Source: Verrucomicrobiota bacterium (lineage in GTDB: Bacteria; Chlamydiota; Chlamydiia; Chlamydiales; JAAKFR01). From it: a DNA stretch of 64,000 bases. The stretch spans positions 36,096-100,095 of the forward strand of contig JAFEGP010000019.1 of assembly GCA_018239815.1 (NCBI GenBank), given 5' to 3'. Every line of letters begins with the position of its first letter. The stretch's first letter is position 1. Both the position numbers and the translations under genes were made by a program. This document shows, piece by piece, positions 55,244 to 63,656 of this stretch. A model generated the notes under the pieces. That model was not told where the DNA came from. It ran no database searches and saw only the letters and a list, made by a program, of their open reading frames with translations.

Positions 55244-56446
55244 TTACACTTTGCTTTCCAAGAAAACAATATTTTCCATGTGAGGCGTATGGGGAAATTG
55301 ATCAACAGGTTGTACCCCTACAATCCGGTATCCCTCCATGGCATCTATATTCTTTTTTTGAGTCTGCGGATTACAAGATATATATATAATTTTTTTAGGT
55401 TTTAGGCTGCAAAGTTCTTGAACCCCTTGATCAGAAAGTCCACAACGCGGGGGGTCCAAAATAATTGTGCTTGCAGCAGGAAGCTTGTCTAGGTAATGCT
55501 CCACAGCACCCTGATAAACCGTCATATTTTGCACACAATTTGTAACCATATTACTTTTTGCATCTTCCACGGCTTCTGGGACCAGCTCTACACTCACCAC
55601 CTGCTCTGCAAATTGGGCCGCAAAAATCCCTAGTGTTCCCGTCCCACAATAAAGATCTAAGACAACTTTTTCTTGATGCAGAGGCTCTAAAGCTTTTTGA
55701 TAAAGTTTTTGAGCTTGAAGAGTGTTAGGCTGAAAAAAGGAAGCTGCTCGAATTTTAAACAGGTAGCTTTCTCCCTTTGCATTTTGCAGACGCTCCTGAA
55801 TAAACTCCGTGCCATAAAGAAGAGTTTGCTCAAAACGCGTGGGAGTCTTACGCGCCGTAATCTGGGCGCGTAGGATCACAGAGGTATGCGGTCCTACCGC
55901 TTCCAAAAAAGCGCTTTTTTGAGCTTCTGTTAAAGCAAACTCTGGGTGCCCACATACTGTTAGTACGATCATTTTTTCGCCGGTATGAATCCCTTCCCTC
56001 AAGGTAAGCGTCCTAAGAGCTCCTCGATCGGTGGGCGGGTGATAAGCTTGTAATGACTGTTGTTCCCACCACGTTAAAACACGTTGCAAGACTTCTACCA
56101 TCCAAGGTTGAGCAATCCAACATTCTGATAAGGTTTCGACCTTGCCTCGGCTATTTTTAATCATAAGCCCTAAAAAACGATCTCCCGCACGATTTTGAGA
56201 AAAAGAGAACTCCATCTTATTGCGCCATTGCCAAGGATGATCACACCCTATGATAGGTTCAGCCTGACCAAATAACTGCTGAATCGCGATTTGTTTGTTT
56301 TCAAGTTGTTCTTGGTAACTAAGGTGCTGGTAGGTACATCCCCCGCATCGGCCAAAATGCCGGCAACATGTTTGAGGCTGAGATAAAAGAAGCATGTGAG
56401 GAGTATAGGCTCTGTTTGCCTTTGGGATCGAGAAAAATCCGTACAA
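55244..56446 (-). CDS. RNA (uracil-5-)-methyltransferase, RumA/RlmD/TrmA family
   Basis: Fe-S Cys cluster CCRHFGRCGGC, SAM motif LDLYCGTGTLG and catalytic DPPRCG...YISCNP. The start may instead be the internal ATG at 56395. Confidence 0.8.
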   Translation of the reverse strand: MYGFFSIPKANRAYTPHMLLLSQPQTCCRHFGRCGGCTYQHLSYQEQLENKQIAIQQLFGQAEPIIGCDHPWQWRNKMEFSFSQNRAGDRFLGLMIKNSRGKVETLSECWIAQPWMVEVLQRVLTWWEQQSLQAYHPPTDRGALRTLTLREGIHTGEKMIVLTVCGHPEFALTEAQKSAFLEAVGPHTSVILRAQITARKTPTRFEQTLLYGTEFIQERLQNAKGESYLFKIRAASFFQPNTLQAQKLYQKALEPLHQEKVVLDLYCGTGTLGIFAAQFAEQVVSVELVPEAVEDAKSNMVTNCVQNMTVYQGAVEHYLDKLPAASTIILDPPRCGLSDQGVQELCSLKPKKIIYISCNPQTQKKNIDAMEGYRIVGVQPVDQFPHTPHMENIVFLESKV

Positions 56447-56530
56447 AAAAACAAGGCATAAAAAAAGGGAGGTTATCTGGTGTGACCTCCCTTAAAAAAA
56501 CGCAACAAATAAACCAAGTCCTAAGACTTA

Positions 56531-56926
56531 TTATTTCTTGCGACGTTTTGCTACTTTAGCAGCTGGCTTCTTTCTTGCCAAGCTTCGCTTTGCAACTTTT
56601 TTCTTTGCTTTTACAACTTTTTTTGCTTTCGCTGGAGCTTTAGCTTTAACTTTTGTTTTTGCTTTAGCTTTTGCTTTTACTTTGACTTTTTCTGTCTTAG
56701 TTGAAGCTTTTTTCTTTTTCGCACTTGCTTTCGCACGTTTGAGTTCTCCAGACTTCGCAGCTTTTACCGATTCTTTGCGATAAAGCTTTGCAGCCTTCTC
56801 AAAGCGAATGCTGGATGTACGCACGCGTTGTGCAGCAGCCTTATTACCAGCTTCAGCTTTGTCCAAATCCTTAACAATGCCCTCTAAGAGAGTTTTCATT
56901 GCTTTTGTTGTGTCTTTTAGTGTCAT
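56531..56926 (-). CDS. hctA: Histone H1-like nucleoid protein Hc1
   Basis: MTLKDTTKAMKTLLEGI...KAEAGNKAAAQRVRTSSIRFEKAAKLYRKESVKA closely parallels the C. trachomatis Hc1 N-domain as I recall it. A Lys/Ala-rich tail follows. ATG at 56926 lies 10 nt after AGGAGG. Confidence 0.9.
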   Translation of the reverse strand: MTLKDTTKAMKTLLEGIVKDLDKAEAGNKAAAQRVRTSSIRFEKAAKLYRKESVKAAKSGELKRAKASAKKKKASTKTEKVKVKAKAKAKTKVKAKAPAKAKKVVKAKKKVAKRSLARKKPAAKVAKRRKK

Positions 56927-57061
56927 ATCTAACACGCCTCCTGATTTTGCTAAGAGATGTTATAGTTCCCTCATAGAGCGCCGCTTTCTTATTGCGCAAG
57001 TGTTTTTTTTAAAAATAAAAAAACAAGCAGCAGAAAATTACCTTAAGGTTGTAGTTTAAAC

Positions 57062-60000
57062 GTGATGTTTTCCTCTGTGACTAAGAAAAAAATTGGGTGC
57101 CTGATTTTAGGATTTTTCCTGACGACTTCATTTTTTTGGGTGGATGAAGAAAAAGAAATTGCTGCATTAGCCAAAGCTGCCCAAGAAGCCATGCATGCAA
57201 AAAATTATAAGTTGGCCCAACAAAACTATCGCTCTGTGCTGAAACGAGCAAATCCTCAAAGTCAAAATTCTTCTTTTCTTGGCTGGCCTGCTTTGATTGA
57301 TTATTCTATGCAGCTTGCTCGCAGTTGTGAATTGTTAGGAGAAATCGATGAGAGCTTAGCTGTCCTTAGAGATCTATTAGCTAAACATCCTCCTACTGCT
57401 CTGACCCCTAGAATTTTGCTTATGCAAGCTCGTTTACAAGCTCCTCAACAATCTGCTGAAAAAGCTTATTTGATTCTAAGACAAATCGCTCAACAACTTC
57501 CAATGGAGTTATGGTCAAAAGAAGATCTTTCATTTTTTCATGCCCTATCTTACTCACTGGATGAATATTTTGATGCGCAACTTAGAAAAGCCAAACGTTA
57601 TTATGTCACAGGTTTTTTTTCAGAGGCCATTGCTCTTTATCAAGAAGTTCTGCATGCCATTGAAGATGACTCTTTTCCCAAAGCCTCTTTAAACCGCGAG
57701 CTCATTAAGAAAAAAGTACGCTATGCTCTTGCAGAATGTCACTTCTCTCTTGCAGAATATGAAAAATCGCTCGCTCTTGTTGAACAATCCAATCCTGGAG
57801 AGAGTAAAATAGACCGTGAGATGCTCTATTTAATGGCTCTTTGCTATAAACATAAGCAGGATTATGAAAAAACGGTTGCATATCTTGAGCAATATGCTAA
57901 TTCTCCCCATAAAGAAATTTTAAGCCACTATGACCATGCCTTGTTTGAGCTGGGATTTTTCTATTACACACATGAGCAAACTCAGCAAGCCCGTCGTTAC
58001 TTCGAACTATTACAACAGCTCAATCGCACTTCACGCCCCAAAATTTTAGCGGGATTCTATCTGGCAAGACTTGAGTTACAGGATCATTGTCCCCAAAAAG
58101 CCCATAAAATTCTTAAAAGTCTTTCAAAGTCCCTGCCAACAGACGATTCTTTAAAACATGAATTCGCCTTTCTTGAAGGAGAAGTCTATTATTTGCAGGC
58201 AGACCTTAAGCAAGCACAAAAAGCTTACGAAGCCTCTTTACCCGGCTCTATGAATCATAGTTGGGGAAGTCACGCTCGCCTACAGCTTGTCCGTTGCTAT
58301 TTAAAATTAGCAGAAGACAAAGAGCTTTCTTGCTCTATGCGCAGTTCTTTGTTTGACAAAGCAGAAAACATTTTAAAAAGTTTAAAAGACACAACAGAAG
58401 CCTCTCAAAGTTTTTTATATTTAGCTCGGCTTTATCTACTCAAGCATGAATATCTTTCTGATCACAATGCCTTGCTACAAGTTGAATCTTTATTAACTCA
58501 AAATACGATAGGCATGTCCTTAGCTCAGCAACATGAGGCGCTTCTACTTCGCGCTGAAGCCTGCCAAGAAGACAGCCAAAAACAAATGCTTTTAGCACAA
58601 GCCACAGCTTCTTGCTTTGCCTCTTTACCTTCCTATGCTGAAGCATGGTATGCTCAAGGTTTCTATGAATTCCAAGCAGGTATGACCACCCAGAAACAAC
58701 AACATTTTGATGCTGCCATTGCTGCTTTTGAACAAGCCTTGTACCTCTGTCACCAAGACAATCAAAAACTAGCCGCCAAAATTTTAAATTTAGAAGCTAA
58801 AGCAAATTTTTACCTTCGTGCTCCCCTTTCTTCCTTGGATTTATTAGAAAAATTACTCACACAGTTCGTGCAATCTGATCAAGAAAGAGAAGAATCCTTG
58901 TATTTAAGAGGTCTTATTGCAGCAGGCTTAGCTCTTGACCCTACTTATTTTTCTTTGGCTGAGACTTCTTTAAAACAAGCTATAGAAAACTATCCTAACG
59001 GCTTTTATGCTCCCGAAGCCCTCCGCATCCTAGGCATGCTGTATTTTCAACATCAACAGTTTTTCCTTGCCCAAGATACTTTTCTTAAATTAGCTCGCAT
59101 CTACCCTCAAAGTACACAGGCTGCAGAAGGTTTATTTTGGGCAGCAGAATCGTTAGAACATCTCAATGCTTCTGATCCTAAGATTTGTACATTAAGACAA
59201 AATCTTTATGCCAACTATCCTAACCATGAGCGTGCAGCCGAAGCCTATTTTCTTCTTTATCCTTATGAAGCTTATCTAAAAGGGGAAGAACAGGCTCTTA
59301 AACATTTGCGTCATTTTTCTATTTTATTCCCCTCTTCTTCTTTACGTTTAACTGTTCATTATTTGTTAGGACTTCAAATTCAATCCCAAAATGAAGCCAT
59401 CCATGCTTTTGAAGAGGTTGTAAAACTCTTGCCTCAACTCACTGCGGAAGGATACTTACCTGACACAAAGATGGTCCATTATTACTATGAAGCTCTGCAT
59501 AAGCTAGCTCTGCTCTATCTCCAGTCCCCTCAACACAGAGAAAATGGAATAGCTCTGCTACAGCGCGTTATTGATGAGTTTAATGAACCTATGCATCCTT
59601 TGACGTCTATCTTAAAGCAAAAATCCACTGTGAATCAGGAGTATGCTCAGTGTGCCTATAGCTTAGCTATAGCCTATTTAGATCATCAGCAGCGTGCTAA
59701 AGCTGAAAAACTGCTCTTTGAACTCCTCACAAACTATAGGCAAGCGGGTGTACAAGAAGGACTCTATTTGGCTTTAAGTTGGCAGGAACAAGGGCTGCTT
59801 TCTATGAACGATCAAGCTTATCACGCCGCACTTAACTATCTTGATATTGCAGAAGAAGCGGGACAAACTTCTCTAAGCGAAGAACAAAAGCTGCAATTAT
59901 GGCTTCTTAAAAGTGAATGCCTACGTCACAGTGGGGAATTTGAGCGTTCTATGCGTTATCTATCCAAAGTGATTAATGCAGAGATCTCAAGTCCTTTAAA

Positions 60001-60151
60001 ACTACAAGCTATGTTATTGCGTGCTGAAATTTACCAATTGCAAAATCGCCCAGAGCTGGCTATGCGGCAGCTTGAAGCGATCATCAAAAAAGGTGGACCT
60101 TGGGCAGAACAAGCTCAACAACAACTTAAACGTTTAGTTACAGTTCAATAG
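57062..60151 (+). CDS. Large TPR-repeat protein with an N-terminal signal/anchor
   Basis: 1029 aa. N-terminal hydrophobic segment IGCLILGFFLTTSFFW, then many degenerate 34-residue A..Y..AL...P-type repeats throughout. Confidence 0.75.
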   Translation: MMFSSVTKKKIGCLILGFFLTTSFFWVDEEKEIAALAKAAQEAMHAKNYKLAQQNYRSVLKRANPQSQNSSFLGWPALIDYSMQLARSCELLGEIDESLAVLRDLLAKHPPTALTPRILLMQARLQAPQQSAEKAYLILRQIAQQLPMELWSKEDLSFFHALSYSLDEYFDAQLRKAKRYYVTGFFSEAIALYQEVLHAIEDDSFPKASLNRELIKKKVRYALAECHFSLAEYEKSLALVEQSNPGESKIDREMLYLMALCYKHKQDYEKTVAYLEQYANSPHKEILSHYDHALFELGFFYYTHEQTQQARRYFELLQQLNRTSRPKILAGFYLARLELQDHCPQKAHKILKSLSKSLPTDDSLKHEFAFLEGEVYYLQADLKQAQKAYEASLPGSMNHSWGSHARLQLVRCYLKLAEDKELSCSMRSSLFDKAENILKSLKDTTEASQSFLYLARLYLLKHEYLSDHNALLQVESLLTQNTIGMSLAQQHEALLLRAEACQEDSQKQMLLAQATASCFASLPSYAEAWYAQGFYEFQAGMTTQKQQHFDAAIAAFEQALYLCHQDNQKLAAKILNLEAKANFYLRAPLSSLDLLEKLLTQFVQSDQEREESLYLRGLIAAGLALDPTYFSLAETSLKQAIENYPNGFYAPEALRILGMLYFQHQQFFLAQDTFLKLARIYPQSTQAAEGLFWAAESLEHLNASDPKICTLRQNLYANYPNHERAAEAYFLLYPYEAYLKGEEQALKHLRHFSILFPSSSLRLTVHYLLGLQIQSQNEAIHAFEEVVKLLPQLTAEGYLPDTKMVHYYYEALHKLALLYLQSPQHRENGIALLQRVIDEFNEPMHPLTSILKQKSTVNQEYAQCAYSLAIAYLDHQQRAKAEKLLFELLTNYRQAGVQEGLYLALSWQEQGLLSMNDQAYHAALNYLDIAEEAGQTSLSEEQKLQLWLLKSECLRHSGEFERSMRYLSKVINAEISSPLKLQAMLLRAEIYQLQNRPELAMRQLEAIIKKGGPWAEQAQQQLKRLVTVQ

Positions 60152-60157
60152 GAAGTT

Positions 60158-60775
60158 ATGTCTTTGTTGCATTATTTTTCTCAATGGAATGCCATTCTCG
60201 TTGTTTTAGCTGTCTTTTCTTTACTAGCCATGACAGTGTTTTTTGAACGCCTTATTGTTTTGAGTCGTTCAGAGATCGACACAAATCAATTTGTGTTGAG
60301 TTTAAAAAAGGTTATTCGTGAACAAAATTTGATAGAAGGAGTGCGTATCTGTGAGGAAGAAGGAGGGGCCGTTGCCAACATCGTACGTAGTGGTCTTTTA
60401 AAACATAATCGCAGCAAAGAAGAAATTGTATCGAGTATGGAAATCGCTGGGTTAGCAGAAGTAGCCAGGTTAGAAAAACATGCTCGTCTACTATCTATGA
60501 TTGCTCATATAGCTCCTCTTATCGGTCTGCTTGGCACAGTATTAGGTTTTATTCAGGCATTTAGCGAAATGCGCCTCTCGGGACTAATGGACATTTCCAC
60601 TTCACGTGTAGGAGAAGCTATGGAATATGCCCTTATTACAACAGCTGCAGGATTAGTCGTCGCAATTCCTTCTACTGTAGCGTATAACTATCTTGTTAGT
60701 CGCATTCAAAATATTGTATTAGAAATGCAAACTGTTTCTAATGAAATTGTTGATTTACTAATTTATGAAGCTTAA
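60158..60775 (+). CDS. tolQ: MotA/TolQ/ExbB-family proton channel
   Basis: 205 aa, 3 TM. LSMIAHIAPLIGLLGTVLGFIQAF and ALITTAAGLVVAIP are conserved family blocks. Confidence 0.85.
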   Translation: MSLLHYFSQWNAILVVLAVFSLLAMTVFFERLIVLSRSEIDTNQFVLSLKKVIREQNLIEGVRICEEEGGAVANIVRSGLLKHNRSKEEIVSSMEIAGLAEVARLEKHARLLSMIAHIAPLIGLLGTVLGFIQAFSEMRLSGLMDISTSRVGEAMEYALITTAAGLVVAIPSTVAYNYLVSRIQNIVLEMQTVSNEIVDLLIYEA

Positions 60776-61205
60776 AACGCATTTACATCCCACTTCCTCC
60801 CTTGTCGATTTGACTCCTCTTGTGGATGTAGTTCTGTTAATGCTCATTTTTTTTATTATTACTTCCGACATCTTGCCATTCAAATCTCTTAATATTGATC
60901 CTCCTGTGATAGATTTGGCGGCTCCTCCTCGTACGACACAGGTTTTGGTCATTATGGACGCGCAAAATGTCATTTATGTTGGAAGCAAAAAAGAAATTGT
61001 TGACTTAGAAAGCTTTCAAGAAAGCTTACAAGCTGAAATAGACAAATTTCGTAAAATGCACTCGGATGCAGATTTGGCTGTTGTACTTAGCTTAGACCGC
61101 AGTGTTGAATATGGAGATTTTTTACGTCTGTTTGCCTTAACCCAACAACTAGGAGTCAAAATTAGACTCATGTATCACGAAGCATGCTCCACATCAAACG
61201 TTTAA
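60765..61205 (+). CDS. tolR: ExbD/TolR-family protein
   Basis: 146 aa. VDLTPLVDVVLLMLIFFII single TM with the conserved Asp, followed by a periplasmic alpha/beta domain. Confidence 0.8.
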   Translation: MKLKTHLHPTSSLVDLTPLVDVVLLMLIFFIITSDILPFKSLNIDPPVIDLAAPPRTTQVLVIMDAQNVIYVGSKKEIVDLESFQESLQAEIDKFRKMHSDADLAVVLSLDRSVEYGDFLRLFALTQQLGVKIRLMYHEACSTSNV

Positions 61206-61582
61206 ATCACCAATCCATTGTTAGATTTCGAGCGGAAGATCGTTTGCTTTCTTCTGATTTTATGCTGGCTTTTCTCATGGCCTTTTTTTTTCATCTTATC
61301 CTTTTTATAGCTTTTCAGATTGTCTCTCCCCAAGCTTATGAGTTTCTTCCCCCTATCCCTGCTTTATGTGTGGAAGCTGACTATTCCATCTCTTGTTATG
61401 AGACACCAAACTCTACCTGTTTAAAATATCAGGAAGAACCTATCCTTCCACCTCCTCTTATTCAATTCCCTTTAGGGCCTACAAGTTATGAAGAGTCTAT
61501 CTGTTATCCATTTAACTTTGATTTTACCAATATTCTTGATTATGAATCCTTAGATATTGACTTTGACGATGATCAAAATTAA
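61184..61582 (+). CDS. Single-pass membrane protein with a Pro-rich segment (possible TolA/TonB-like anchor)
   Basis: 132 aa. TM FMLAFLMAFFFHLILFIAFQIV followed by LPPIPA...EEPILPPPLIQFPLGP and an acidic tail. No recognisable TonB or TolA C-terminal domain. Overlaps tolR by 22 nt. Confidence 0.45.
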   Translation: MLHIKRLNHQSIVRFRAEDRLLSSDFMLAFLMAFFFHLILFIAFQIVSPQAYEFLPPIPALCVEADYSISCYETPNSTCLKYQEEPILPPPLIQFPLGPTSYEESICYPFNFDFTNILDYESLDIDFDDDQN

Positions 61583-61811
61583 TGTAACAACAGCTTTTAC
61601 TTTGTACCTAGGATGTGTTTTAGCACTGATTTTTATTCTAGCTATCCTGCATAGGTTCAGCCAAGAGAGAAAAACTAAATCTATTCATTCCAAATGTCTT
61701 ATAGACTGTGAATTTTGTCATTATACATTTTTAGTTGAACTGCCCCAAACCGTTGCACGTTGTCCTCAATGCCACTGTTTAAGTAAAGTCAAGATCTGCG
61801 AAGCACGTTGA
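61569..61811 (+). CDS. Small membrane-anchored zinc-ribbon protein
   Basis: ATG at 61569 (MIKINV..). TM AFTLYLGCVLALIFILAIL, then CLIDCEFC...RCPQCHC. Overlaps the upstream ORF by 14 nt. Confidence 0.4.
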   Translation: MIKINVTTAFTLYLGCVLALIFILAILHRFSQERKTKSIHSKCLIDCEFCHYTFLVELPQTVARCPQCHCLSKVKICEAR

Positions 61812-62842
61812 TCCCAGCTATGTTGTTGCAAAATGACTTCTTGACTGCGCGAAATGATGTCCTCACGAGATTGTTCTAATTTTAAGATAGTTTCATGACT
61901 CTTTTCCCATTCTCCAGGCCAGTAACATATTTGCTGTGAAAAGTCCTGAGCGATATCTGGACTATAACTTGTTAAAACAAGAGTAGAAGCAGCAAAGGCA
62001 TGAAAAATTCTTTCATGGAAACCTTGTTTAAAGCGAACGGAACTATTCACTACCACCTTGGCATGCTGCATTCTTTGTAAAGTCTGAGGAAACTCTATGG
62101 AAGGATAACAGCGCACATGAGGAAGATAACGTTGCCATGGTCCATCTCCCCAAACTTCTAGTCTGTGAGCTGGCAGCGACGCCAACAATTGAATCCTATC
62201 ATAAGCACGTACATAATGGTCTAGTTCTTGATAGAAGGTAAGGAAGAGTTCATAAGGAACTTTAGCATGCATCAGGATCTCCCATAAGGCAAGAGGTGTC
62301 ATCAAAGCTTGTCGCGCTAGATGTTGAAGTAAAGAAACTTGTTCCGAAGTGTATACTTCTTGCCATCGTTTAAGCTGAGCGTCCAGATCCAAACAGCTAC
62401 CAAAATAAACCAGATCGTGTTCCCGTTGATGCCATGGAACAGGTTCTGAGAAATGAGGCTCCACAGCGTGGGGCAGATAATGCACTTTTTCAAATCCCAT
62501 GCTTTTGACAAATTCGACATCACTGCGGTCTACGCAGGATAAACTCGAGTAGGAACCTTCCATATGATGCGTAAAAAAAGCAGAGGGATCTAAAAGGTAA
62601 GAAAAATGTGGAATTTGTGTCACATTCCCTAAACTTTGTCCAGCACACGTTAAATCTGAAAAAGATAGTGTCCAATCAGGAGGATCCACTGCAAAACTAT
62701 CGAGTAAATCTGCAATGCCTGAAGTTTGTACAGATTGCGTTGAAACTCTGACCCCCTGCCGTTCCAAGGCTTGCTGCAACCCCTTTGCAAAGTAACAAGT
62801 TGTTGCATAACGATTATTGGCAATGAGCAAGGCGATATGCAT
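61766..62842 (-). CDS. Putative glycosyltransferase (CgeB-like / GT1-related C-terminal domain)
   Basis: 358 aa. The C-terminal KVVVNSSVRFKQGFHERIFHAFAASTLVLT resembles the CgeB/DUF3880-type glycosyltransferase domain. 29-nt overlap with the upstream GT2 gene. Confidence 0.5.
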   Translation of the reverse strand: MHIALLIANNRYATTCYFAKGLQQALERQGVRVSTQSVQTSGIADLLDSFAVDPPDWTLSFSDLTCAGQSLGNVTQIPHFSYLLDPSAFFTHHMEGSYSSLSCVDRSDVEFVKSMGFEKVHYLPHAVEPHFSEPVPWHQREHDLVYFGSCLDLDAQLKRWQEVYTSEQVSLLQHLARQALMTPLALWEILMHAKVPYELFLTFYQELDHYVRAYDRIQLLASLPAHRLEVWGDGPWQRYLPHVRCYPSIEFPQTLQRMQHAKVVVNSSVRFKQGFHERIFHAFAASTLVLTSYSPDIAQDFSQQICYWPGEWEKSHETILKLEQSREDIISRSQEVILQQHSWDQRASQILTLLKQWH

Positions 62843-63587
62843 CCAAATACCTCATAAAAGCGGGCAAATGACTTTGAAAGAGAAAAGCTGGAATCCTGTA
62901 CTGCGGAAAAATGCTTGAAACATTTAAATCATGCATGATTTTTACTACACTTCCTTGCTGATCAGCTAAAATATTTTTAGCACAGCCTTTGTCGCTTAAT
63001 TGCATAAAAAAGACATGATCTTCTTTATGATCTAAATCTGGGAAGGGGTGTTCTTTCCAAACATGTTGATGATAACAATACGTAAAACCATAGCCTTGCG
63101 AGGCCATACGCTGCGTTTGAAAAGGATCAGCAAAAGTACATTTTTGTAGCTCTGTCCCCATAACAGGAGTTAAGACATAGTTTAAGTCCGCAGATTCTGT
63201 AGTATTCCAATAAAACCCCTGTTGGATTTTGACATCGTAAGCAAACCAAGAGTTTAAGGAACAAAAGTCATATCCTTGTAAAGCTTGATACATACGCTGT
63301 AAATAATCTGGTGCGTAATAGTCATCATCATCGATATGAAAAATAAGTTCTCCTTGACATGCTTCAATCAATAAATTTTTTTTTTGACCTATCGAGAGTC
63401 TTTTTTCTTCAAAAATATAATGAACGCGCGGATCGTGAAGTTGTTGGATAAAGTTAGATGTTTTCCAAGATGTATCACAAATCCACCATTGCCAATTTGA
63501 GTATGTTTGCTGTCGTAAACATTGATAGGCCAATGGCAGTAAATGCTCTCGATCTGCTGTCGGAGTGATCAAACAAAGAGTTGTCAT
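62814..63587 (-). CDS. Glycosyltransferase family 2
   Basis: 257 aa. LCLITPTADR...QQTYSNWQWWICD... and HIDDDDYYAPDYL (DxD) fit the GT-A fold. Confidence 0.8.
   Translation of the reverse strand: MTTLCLITPTADREHLLPLAYQCLRQQTYSNWQWWICDTSWKTSNFIQQLHDPRVHYIFEEKRLSIGQKKNLLIEACQGELIFHIDDDDYYAPDYLQRMYQALQGYDFCSLNSWFAYDVKIQQGFYWNTTESADLNYVLTPVMGTELQKCTFADPFQTQRMASQGYGFTYCYHQHVWKEHPFPDLDHKEDHVFFMQLSDKGCAKNILADQQGSVVKIMHDLNVSSIFPQYRIPAFLFQSHLPAFMRYLDAYRLAHCQ
63376..63385 (-). repeat. Poly-A(10) tract inside the GT2 coding sequence
   Basis: Plus strand is T10. The coding strand CAA AAA AAA AAT encodes Q-K-K-N. Confidence 0.9.
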
Positions 63588-63656
63588 ACTAAACTAAGCA
63601 TAACGTTTTATGGCTAATAAAGCGATGGAACAAAGAAGATTTAAAAAGAACAGTTA

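Noticed and set aside
56560-56720. Repetitive gctttagcttttgctttt-type DNA, which could be a tandem repeat element.
   Set aside because: It is the coding sequence for the KAKAKAKTKVKAKA low-complexity tail of Hc1, which is expected for histone H1-like proteins. It is not an independent repeat or CRISPR-like array.
56538-57059. Plus-strand ORFs 56538-56783 and 56808-57059, antisense to or upstream of hctA.
   Set aside because: The first is the mirror frame of the Lys/Ala-rich Hc1 tail (Phe/Ala-rich shadow ORF). The second spans the hctA N-terminus and the promoter region. Neither has translation signals.
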